Assembly: GCF_001598795.1 (NCBI RefSeq) | Contig: NZ_BCZP01000006.1 | Span: 150,001 to 182,000 of the forward strand | Source of the DNA: Delftia acidovorans NBRC 14950 | Lineage (GTDB): Bacteria; Pseudomonadota; Gammaproteobacteria; Burkholderiales; Burkholderiaceae_C | Direction of reading: 5' to 3' | DNA: 32,000 nt | Shown: positions 1 through 6,247 of the stretch, one piece after another | How the letters are laid out: every line of letters starts with the position of its first letter | Position numbering within the stretch: the first letter of the stretch is position 1 | Translations under genes and position numbers: made by a program | Notes under the pieces: model-generated | The model's database searches: none | What the model saw: the letters and a program-made list of their open reading frames with translations, nothing else | Told to the model about the DNA's origin: nothing

Positions 1-1032
1 CGAGGTCACGATGCCCACGGGCACCAGCACGCCCTCGATCAGCGTCTTGCTGGCCACCGAGGCCATGGACAGGATCAGTGCCCCCGCCAGCGCCGAGGCC
101 GGCAGCAGCACGCGGTGATCGTCGCCCACCAGCATGCGCGCGATGTGCGGTGCGATCAGCCCCACGAATCCTATGGTGCCCACGAAGGAGACGGCCACGC
201 CCGACAGCAGGCTGATACGCAGCAGCGCCCAGCCTCTCAGCGCCGTGACCGGCACGCCCAGGCTGCGCGCGCGGTCCTCGCCCAGCGTGAGCGCGGTCAG
301 CGACCAGCTCTGGCTCCAGGACCAGGGCAGGCACAGCGCCAGCACGGCGGCCATGACGGCAATCCGGTCCCAGGAGGCGCGTGCCAGGCTGCCCAGGGTC
401 CAGAAGACCAGCTGCTGCAAGGTGTTCTGGTCGGCCACGAACTGCAGCAGTGCCACCAGGGCGTTGAAGCTGAACACCAGGGCGATGCCGAACAGCACCA
501 GGCTTTGCACGCCAAATCCGCGCCACATGGCCAGCCCGTACAGCAGGCCCACCGACAGCAGCGCGAAGAGGAAGGCGTTGAGAGACACCACGTACTGCGC
601 CGGCACGCCCGGCACGCCCAGTCCCAGCACGATGGCCAGGGCCGCGCCAAAGGCGGCGGCCGCCGACACGCCCAGCGTGAACGGGCTGGCCAGCGCATTG
701 GCCAGCACGGTCTGCATCTCCGCGCCAGCCAGCGCCAGCGCCGCACCCACCAGCACGGCCATCAGCGCATAGGGCAGGCGCACGTTCCAGACGATGACGG
801 CCTCCACGCGCGACACGCTGCCCGGATCTCCCAGCACCTGCCACAGCCGTGCCAGCCCCATGCCCGACGGGCCGGTGGCCACGTCCAGTGCCAGGCTGGC
901 CAGCAGCGCCAGGGCCAGCAGTGCCAGCACCAGCCCGTGGCGGGCATGGCGGCGGCGGTAGCGCTGCGCGGCACCGGCCGCCGCAGCGCCCGTCTCTGCC
1001 GCCACGGCACTGGCCTCAATGGCCGCGCTCAT
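1..1032 (-). CDS. FecCD/BtuC-family iron-siderophore ABC transporter permease (3' end runs off the left edge)
   Basis: Absent from the supplied ORF track because there is no in-window stop. Hand translation of the minus strand from ATG 1032..1030 stays open for all 344 codons down to base 1: MSAAIEASAV..RHGLVLALLALALLASLALDVATGPSG..VIVWNVRLPYALMAVLVGAALALAGAEMQTVLANALASPFTLGVSAAAAFGAAL..LVFWTLGSLARASW..LTLGEDRARSLGVPV..SFVGTIGFVGLIAPHIARMLVGDDHRVLLPASALAGALILSMASVASKTL..VPVGIVTS. Polytopic hydrophobic protein with FecD/FhuB/BtuC-type signatures. Its start overlaps the stop of the upstream binding-protein gene (ATGA at 1029..1032). Confidence 0.85.
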   Translation of the reverse strand, partial: MSAAIEASAVAAETGAAAAGAAQRYRRRHARHGLVLALLALALLASLALDVATGPSGMGLARLWQVLGDPGSVSRVEAVIVWNVRLPYALMAVLVGAALALAGAEMQTVLANALASPFTLGVSAAAAFGAALAIVLGLGVPGVPAQYVVSLNAFLFALLSVGLLYGLAMWRGFGVQSLVLFGIALVFSFNALVALLQFVADQNTLQQLVFWTLGSLARASWDRIAVMAAVLALCLPWSWSQSWSLTALTLGEDRARSLGVPVTALRGWALLRISLLSGVAVSFVGTIGFVGLIAPHIARMLVGDDHRVLLPASALAGALILSMASVASKTLIEGVLVPVGIVTS

Positions 1033-2171
1033 CGGCCGGCCCCGGAAGGCAGGTCGGTCAGCAGCACGCCGGTCATCGGAATCGGCATGAAACGCTCGTA
1101 CAGCTCACGCCGCGTGCGCAGCGGGTCGATGTCGGCAAAGAGTTCGGGATGCAGCCACTTGGCCAGCGCCTCGACGGCAATCACATGCTCCGGCGAGTCG
1201 TAGAAGATGTGCCACAGGCCGTGCACGCGCCCCTTTCGGACGGCGGACAGCTCGCGCGTTTGGGCACGCTGCGCCACCGTCGCCAGGCTGGACTGTGCCT
1301 GGGCAGGCGTGGCCTGGTAGCCCAGCGTCACGCCGCCCTGGCCACTGGCGAAGACGCCCGTGGCCACATAGACGGCAGGATCGCGCGACAGCACATATTC
1401 GAGGTTCAGCGTACCGATGGGACCGGGAATGCGACCGGCGCCGATGTTGTCGCCACCGGCCAGCTCCACCATTTCCCCGAAATTGCCCTTGCCCGGCGAG
1501 CCGCAGCAGTCGCGCAGACCGGCCAGCATGTCGATGAAGATGGCGGGCCGCTGGAATCCGTCCTTCCTGCGCGCCGCCGCGACACGCTGGCGCACGCGCT
1601 CGATGCGCTGCTCGTAGAAGGCGATGAAGTCCTCGGCGCGCTGCTGGCGGCCCAGCACCTGGCCCATCAGGCGCAGGCTGGGCGCGGTATGGGTCAGCGG
1701 ATGCTGGCTGAAATCCACAAAGACCACGGGCACGCCCGCCGCCTGCAGCTGGCGCACGGCCTCGCTGTCGGGCGCGGGCCCGTGACCGCCCGAGACGGCC
1801 ATGAAGGCCACGTCGGGACGCACGGCCAGGGCCTGTTCCACGTTGAAACTTTCGGGCGTGGCGCCGCCGACCAGCGGCAGTTTCTCCATGGCAGGAAAGG
1901 CCTTGGAGAAAGCCGCATAGCCCTGGGTATCGAGCAGGCGGAAATCCCCCTGCCAACCCGCCACGCGCTCCACCGCCTGCCGGCCTTCCAGCAGGGCCAT
2001 GGTGTAGACCATGCGCCCCTCGCCCAACAGCACGCGCTGCACGCGGTCCGGCACCTGCACGCTGCGCCCCGCCATGTCCGTCACGGTCAAGGCCTGGGCC
2101 AGCCCACTCCAAAGCGTCAGCGCCGCCACCGCAGCGCGCAACCCGCGCCGCATTCCTGTCTGTATTTGCAT
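1029..2171 (-). CDS. Periplasmic iron-siderophore/cobalamin-type (FhuD/FecB/BtuF-like) ABC substrate-binding protein
   Basis: ORF 1029..2264 trimmed to ATG 2171. MQIQTGMRRGLRAAVAALTLWSGLAQA reads as a signal peptide; the extension upstream of it is Arg/Pro-rich. The 380-aa size and the position between a TonB-dependent receptor and a FecCD permease (ATGA coupling) fit this family. The call rests on context plus general sequence character; no HMM was run. Confidence 0.8.
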   Translation of the reverse strand: MQIQTGMRRGLRAAVAALTLWSGLAQALTVTDMAGRSVQVPDRVQRVLLGEGRMVYTMALLEGRQAVERVAGWQGDFRLLDTQGYAAFSKAFPAMEKLPLVGGATPESFNVEQALAVRPDVAFMAVSGGHGPAPDSEAVRQLQAAGVPVVFVDFSQHPLTHTAPSLRLMGQVLGRQQRAEDFIAFYEQRIERVRQRVAAARRKDGFQRPAIFIDMLAGLRDCCGSPGKGNFGEMVELAGGDNIGAGRIPGPIGTLNLEYVLSRDPAVYVATGVFASGQGGVTLGYQATPAQAQSSLATVAQRAQTRELSAVRKGRVHGLWHIFYDSPEHVIAVEALAKWLHPELFADIDPLRTRRELYERFMPIPMTGVLLTDLPSGAGR

Positions 2172-2283
2172 ATGTTTTCTTCTCTCAGTCGTTGCCGGCA
2201 TACCCAATGCAACCGGCGCGCCCCAAAGCCTGGGACAGCAAGCAAGGGCCTGAGCCGGCCGCAACGCCCCGCAGCAAGGCTGC

Positions 2284-2314
2284 CGTCTCCCTCAGGGAGA
2301 CGCCGCAAAGCGGC
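2284..2314 (-). terminator. Two abutting GC hairpins just 3' of the receptor stop codon (terminator-like / REP-like)
   Basis: cgtctccc-tca-gggagacg (8-bp perfect stem, 2284..2302) is followed immediately by gccgc-aaa-gcggc (2302..2314). They begin 9 nt after the receptor stop (2323..2325). No U-run follows on the minus strand, so this may attenuate or stabilise mRNA rather than terminate fully. The flanking motif aagcggctcagggg recurs at 20349..20362. Confidence 0.35.
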
Positions 2315-2322
2315 TCAGGGGT

Positions 2323-4524
2323 TCAAAACCGGCCGCGCAAGCTCACCTGCACATTGCGCGGCTCGCCATAGACATTGCCGAAGTTGGCCGGCCCGAATCC
2401 GCCGCTGCCCAGGCGCGTGTAGTAGCTGCGGTCGAACAGGTTGCTGACGTTCAGCGCCGCACTCCACTGCGGGCTGATGCGGTAGCCCACGCGCAGGCTG
2501 GCCGTGGCGTAGCCGCCCTGGGTGGCTCGAACAAGGGGCTTGCCGCCCTCGCTGTAGGTGCCACTTTGGACGTTGATGCCGCCGCCCACATCCCAGGCGT
2601 TGAGCGCGCCCGGCAGCCGGTATGTGGTCCACAGCCGCAGCAGATGCCGGGGACTGAAGGTCCTGAAGGACTGGCCCTGATAGCTGGGATCGCGCTTGTA
2701 TTCGCTGGTGTTGTAGGTGTAGCCGGCCATGGCTTGCCAGCCCGGGGCGATCTGTCCCGCCAGCTCGGCGTCGAAGCCCTGGCTCTGCACCTTGCCCTGC
2801 GCGGCGTAGCAGCAGCTGTCCACGATGACGGGCGACACGGCCACGGCGCGGTTGCTCTCCACGATGCGGAAGGCCGCCAGCGCCACCTGCAGCCGGCCAT
2901 CGTTGAGCGAGCCCTTGATGCCGGCCTCGTAGTTGGCGCCGACCACGGGCGGCAGTCCGCCGCCATCCTCGCCCCGGTAGTTGCTCTGCACGCGGAAGAT
3001 GTCGGCATAGCTGGTGTAGAGCGACCAGCGGGAGTCCAGATCGAAGACCAGGCCCGCGTAGGGCGTGAAGCGGCCGTCCTGCCGGTAGTCCGCCGTCTGC
3101 GCGCCCGTGCGCTGGTTGACGGAGTCGGTGCGCCACCAGCTCCAGCGACCGCCCAGCAGCAGGGTCAGCGGATCGGCCAGCTTCAGCCGCGCGGCGCCAT
3201 AGATGCCGTACTGGCGCGTGCGCGATCGCGAGTCCGATGTCCACTGCACGGCGCCCGGATCGGCGTAGGCGGCCGGGTCGAAGTCGAACACATTGACGGG
3301 AATGCCGCCAAAGCCCGGGAGGCTGCCGCCTTGCGAGCGCGCGTCGCGGTCGTACCAGTTGGCGCCCAGCACCACCTCGTGGCGCCGGCCCCAGGCCTGC
3401 CAGGCCCCGCTGAGCATGGCGTCCAGCGACAGCTGTTCGTTGCCGTAGTCATTGGCGCCACCCATCAGGCGAGGACCCAGTCCCGTGGCGCGGTCCACCG
3501 CGCCCGAGACATAGGCGTACTTGAGCGCGCTGGACTCGCGGTCGGAGACCGCCGCCAGCTTGAACTGCCAGTCTGCATTGATGGAATGGCTGAGGTCGGC
3601 GAAGACCTGGGTGGCCTCGAAGTCCCAGTGCGTCCAGGGCGTGCTCAGGAAGGTGCTGCGTGCCAGCCCCAGGTCGCCGCCGTCGGCGTAGCGCGGCACG
3701 CCCATCATGGGCGGCACCCAGTCGCGCGTCTGGTGGCCGGCGCCCAAGGAGACGGTGGTGGCCGATCCCAGGTCGGCCTCGACGATGCCGTACAGCGAAT
3801 CGCGCCGGCTGCTGGCATAGCGCACATGGGAATCGCGCTGGTCGTGCGCGGCCGCCAGGCGGGCACGCACCGACCCATCGGCGTTCAGTGGGGTGCTGTA
3901 GTCGATCTCGGCACGGGCCGCATTCCAGGAGCCCAGGCCCAGCGAGCCCGTGAAGCGCCGGTCGCCCGTGGGGCGCTTGCGCACCAGATTGATCACGCCG
4001 CCGGGCTGGCCCGCGCCATTGAACAGGCCCGCAGCGCCGCGCAGCGTCTCCACATGGTCGAACATCACCATGTCAGGCTGGCTCCAGGAAGCGCCGCCTG
4101 TCTGCACGGGAAGGCCGTCGTACTGGAAGTACTCGATGGGATAGCCGCGCGCATAGAAGGCCGGAATGACGCCCGTGCCCGACAGGTCCACAGTCACGCC
4201 GGGGGTCTGCGCCATGATCTCGTCCAGCGTGTGCAGGTTCTGGTCCTCGATCTGCTGGCGCGTGATGACGGAGACCGAATGCGGCGTCTCCCTGAGCGTG
4301 GCAGGCAGCTTGGTTCCCACCGAGACGCCCGGGGCCGCGTAGCCACCCGTCAGCTCGGTGGGCCGGTCCTTGACCGCCTGGCCCGTGACCTGCACCTCCG
4401 GCAGCCTTTCCTCGGCCGCCCGGGCCAGGGCGCACTGGCCCAGGACGCAAACGGCCAGTGCGATCGATGTGATGGAAAAACGGGGCGGGCCGGCATCCCG
4501 GTCCGCAGAATCTGGCAGCGACAT
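2323..4524 (-). CDS. TonB-dependent siderophore receptor (no N-terminal FecA-type signalling extension)
   Basis: 733-aa ORF with ATG start and a GAGAGGG RBS-like stretch upstream. Signal peptide ..SIALAVCVLGQCALARA/AEE. TonB-box/plug region LPEVQVTG..TLRETPHSVSVITRQQIEDQNLHTLDEIMAQTPGV..FYARGY..LRGAAGLFNGAGQPGGVINLVRKRP. Long beta-barrel ending in ..NVQVSLRGRF (terminal Phe). Confidence 0.93.
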   Translation of the reverse strand: MSLPDSADRDAGPPRFSITSIALAVCVLGQCALARAAEERLPEVQVTGQAVKDRPTELTGGYAAPGVSVGTKLPATLRETPHSVSVITRQQIEDQNLHTLDEIMAQTPGVTVDLSGTGVIPAFYARGYPIEYFQYDGLPVQTGGASWSQPDMVMFDHVETLRGAAGLFNGAGQPGGVINLVRKRPTGDRRFTGSLGLGSWNAARAEIDYSTPLNADGSVRARLAAAHDQRDSHVRYASSRRDSLYGIVEADLGSATTVSLGAGHQTRDWVPPMMGVPRYADGGDLGLARSTFLSTPWTHWDFEATQVFADLSHSINADWQFKLAAVSDRESSALKYAYVSGAVDRATGLGPRLMGGANDYGNEQLSLDAMLSGAWQAWGRRHEVVLGANWYDRDARSQGGSLPGFGGIPVNVFDFDPAAYADPGAVQWTSDSRSRTRQYGIYGAARLKLADPLTLLLGGRWSWWRTDSVNQRTGAQTADYRQDGRFTPYAGLVFDLDSRWSLYTSYADIFRVQSNYRGEDGGGLPPVVGANYEAGIKGSLNDGRLQVALAAFRIVESNRAVAVSPVIVDSCCYAAQGKVQSQGFDAELAGQIAPGWQAMAGYTYNTSEYKRDPSYQGQSFRTFSPRHLLRLWTTYRLPGALNAWDVGGGINVQSGTYSEGGKPLVRATQGGYATASLRVGYRISPQWSAALNVSNLFDRSYYTRLGSGGFGPANFGNVYGEPRNVQVSLRGRF

Positions 4525-4538
4525 TCAACCCTCTCGAA

Positions 4539-4557
4539 GCAAATGAAAATCAATTGC
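4539..4557. promoter_or_regulatory. Weak Fur-box-like site in the receptor promoter region
   Basis: gcaaatgaaaatcaattgc matches GATAATGATAATCATTATC at 13 of 19 positions (hand alignment). It lies 15-33 nt upstream of the receptor ATG (4524) in the only AT-rich patch of this spacer. Confidence 0.3.
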
Positions 4558-4587
4558 ATTCGACTGTAGGCAAGAGGAAGGCTCGCC

Positions 4588-4625
4588 GCTTTCGCTGGCC
4601 GGAGTTTGGCTTTCGCCCGCCGGAG
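4588..4625 (-). promoter_or_regulatory. Tandem 17-bp direct repeat with 21-bp period; candidate AraC-family activator site for the receptor promoter
   Basis: gctttcgctggccggag (4588..4604) and gctttcgcccgccggag (4609..4625) are identical at 15 of 17 positions, with starts exactly 21 bp apart. They lie between the AraC-gene stop (4631) and the receptor start (4524), 64-101 nt upstream of the receptor ATG. Confidence 0.4.
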
Positions 4626-4630
4626 ACGGC

Positions 4631-5479
4631 TCAGCGCAGCAACTCGCTGGGCACGATGCCGAAGCGCTTGCGAAAGGCCGTCGAGAAATGCGCAATGCTG
4701 TAGCCCACCTCCAGCGCCACCTGCGTGACCGAGCAGCCGCCGGAAGTCAGCAGGCCGTAGGCCTGCTCCAGCCTGTGCTGCTGCAGGTGCTCGAACACGC
4801 TCATGCCGAACAGCTGGCGAAAGCCGGCCGTGAGCTTGCGCTCGTTGATGCCGGCCTCGCGCGCCAGCTCGGCCAGCGACAGGGGACTGCGAGCGTGCGC
4901 CGTGGCCACCTCGCGCGCATGCCAAAGCCGCTCCACATCGGCGCGTGACAGCTCGGCGCCAGCCCCCTGCGCGCCCGCCGCCGGCAGGCACTGCTGCAGC
5001 ACGGCAGCCGACAGTTCCAGGCTCTTGGCATTGAGGAACAGATCACGCATGGGCCCCTGATAGGGACAGACCAGAATCTGTGTGGCCAGCGCACGCGCCG
5101 TGGCCGACAGCCCCTGGCGCAATACCAGCAGATCGTTGTCGTTGAAGCAGTGGTGGCCGCTGCGCGCTATGAGATCGAGCCCGAAGCCCTGGCGCTCCGC
5201 CGCCTCGGCGTCAAAGCCTATGCGCACATAGCGCTGCAGGCTGTGGGATTCATAGCGGTCCAGTCCCTCATGCAGGCCCGTGGCCAGCACCAGGTAGACC
5301 CCGGCATCGGACACCTCCATCAGACGGCCGTTGACCCCGGCCTGCACCTTGCTGTTGAGGGCCACGATGATCTGCAGGCCCTGGAACACCGGCGCGCGGA
5401 CCTCCACAGGCTCCTGCGTCATGCGGCAGCCGGCCGCCAGGCACAGCTGGTTGTCGAATCTGGAATTCCACTGGAACAC
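4631..5479 (-). CDS. AraC-family transcriptional regulator (PchR/AlcR/YbtA-like siderophore-responsive type, by context)
   Basis: 282-aa ORF (GTG start at 5479; alternative ATG at 5422 gives MTQEPVEV...). C-terminal double-HTH AraC signature: ..LAELAREAGINERKLTAGFRQLFGMSVFEHLQQHRLEQAYGLL..VTQVALEVGYSIAHFSTAFRKRFGIVPSELLR. Sits directly upstream of, and on the same strand as, the TonB-dependent receptor, with a Fur box upstream. Confidence 0.88.
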   Translation of the reverse strand: MFQWNSRFDNQLCLAAGCRMTQEPVEVRAPVFQGLQIIVALNSKVQAGVNGRLMEVSDAGVYLVLATGLHEGLDRYESHSLQRYVRIGFDAEAAERQGFGLDLIARSGHHCFNDNDLLVLRQGLSATARALATQILVCPYQGPMRDLFLNAKSLELSAAVLQQCLPAAGAQGAGAELSRADVERLWHAREVATAHARSPLSLAELAREAGINERKLTAGFRQLFGMSVFEHLQQHRLEQAYGLLTSGGCSVTQVALEVGYSIAHFSTAFRKRFGIVPSELLR

Positions 5480-5495
5480 GTTGCAAATCTATGAA

Positions 5496-5510
5496 TGAGA
5501 ATTATTCTCA
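5496..5510. promoter_or_regulatory. Fur box (perfect 7-1-7 palindrome)
   Basis: TGAGAAT-T-ATTCTCA is a perfect inverted repeat. It differs from the TGATAAT-N-ATTATCA Fur core only at the symmetric 4th position of each arm. It lies in an AT-rich patch 17 nt upstream of the GTG (5479) and 74 nt upstream of the ATG (5422) of the AraC gene. It is adjacent to a minus-strand TATGAT -10-like hexamer (plus coordinates 5512..5517). Confidence 0.6.
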
Positions 5511-5759
5511 AATCATACGGCCAATGATCCCGCCATTGCAGGCGCTCGCCCCTTGGCCCCGGACCGGGATGGACCATCGCCATCCCATTCGCAACTTGCA
5601 CTTGCCAATGCATCAAGCAAATCAGGACTAGTTGCAAGCAAGGCCTCTTTCTATATTCGCGCCTCGACGGCGCCCGGCTTCCATGGGCCGCAGCTGCGCA
5701 CGACACTACTGCGGGGACCCCACCCCTGCCTGACTGACCCACAACAAGGAGAGACTGCG

Positions 5760-6233
5760 ATGACCGATCTCACCATCAACGGCAAGACCGTTTCCATGGA
5801 CCTGGACCCCGAGACGCCCATTCTGTGGGCTCTGCGCGACACGCTGGAGATGACCGGCACCAAGTTCGGCTGCGGTGCGGCGCTGTGCGGCGCCTGCACG
5901 GTGCACATGAATGGCCAGGCCATACGTTCCTGCGTGACGCCGATCTCGGCGGCCGCGGGCCAGAAGATCACCACCATCGAGGCCATGACCTCGGGCTCCG
6001 ACCGCGTGGGCACCGCCGTGCGCGATGCCTGGGTGCGCCACGACGTGGCCCAGTGCGGCTACTGCCAGAGCGGGCAGATCATGAGCGCCACGGCCTTCCT
6101 CAAGTCGCTGCCCAAGGGCAAGAAGCCCAGCGGCGAGGAGATAGACGCGGCCATGGCCGGCAACATCTGCCGCTGTGGAACCTATGCACGCATCCGCACG
6201 GCCGTGGCCGATGCCGCGCGCACCCTGGGCTGA
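5760..6233 (+). CDS. (2Fe-2S)-binding small subunit of an aldehyde-oxidase/isoquinoline 1-oxidoreductase (IorA-like) molybdoenzyme
   Basis: ORF 5553..6233 trimmed to ATG 5760, which is preceded by AAGGAGAG. MTDLTINGKTVSMDLDPETPILWALRDTLEMTGTKFGCGAALCGACTVHMNG..TIE.. then QCGYCQSGQIMSA..NICRCGTY gives the two canonical [2Fe-2S] Cys clusters. 157 aa, no signal peptide. Confidence 0.92.
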   Translation: MTDLTINGKTVSMDLDPETPILWALRDTLEMTGTKFGCGAALCGACTVHMNGQAIRSCVTPISAAAGQKITTIEAMTSGSDRVGTAVRDAWVRHDVAQCGYCQSGQIMSATAFLKSLPKGKKPSGEEIDAAMAGNICRCGTYARIRTAVADAARTLG

Positions 6234-6247
6234 ACGGAGAACGCCGC

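Noticed and set aside
115-2447. Long plus-strand ORFs (115..1203, 134..772, 849..2447) opposite the permease and binding-protein genes.
   Set aside because: Their translations are Arg/Ala/Gly/Pro/His-rich low-complexity strings with no recognisable motifs. In a very GC-rich genome the antisense frames of real genes stay open by chance. The minus-strand frames give clean FecCD and binding-protein sequences.
2566-4569. 667-aa plus-strand ORF antisense to the TonB-dependent receptor. Similar shadow ORFs lie at 6182..8383(-), 8720..10279(+), 10543..11850(+), 12532..13827(+), 14589..16157(+), 16396..18291(+), 18129..20252(+), 19903..21285(+), 26435..28540(+) and 29359..30873(-).
   Set aside because: Same reasoning: each is a shadow ORF of a well-supported gene on the other strand, with biased Arg/Ala/Gly/His composition and no family signatures.
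4631-5479. Choosing ATG 5422 instead of GTG 5479 as the AraC start.
   Set aside because: Not resolved rather than truly rejected. Neither codon has a convincing Shine-Dalgarno sequence. The Fur box and TATGAT hexamer are compatible with both starts: a 25-nt leader for GTG and about 80 nt for ATG. I kept the longer ORF and flagged the alternative.
5511-5759. A Moco or other riboswitch in the long leader of the iorAB-like molybdoenzyme genes.
   Set aside because: I cannot recognise conserved Moco-motif elements or any multi-stem architecture beyond one 7-bp hairpin. A covariance-model search (Rfam/Infernal) would be decisive.
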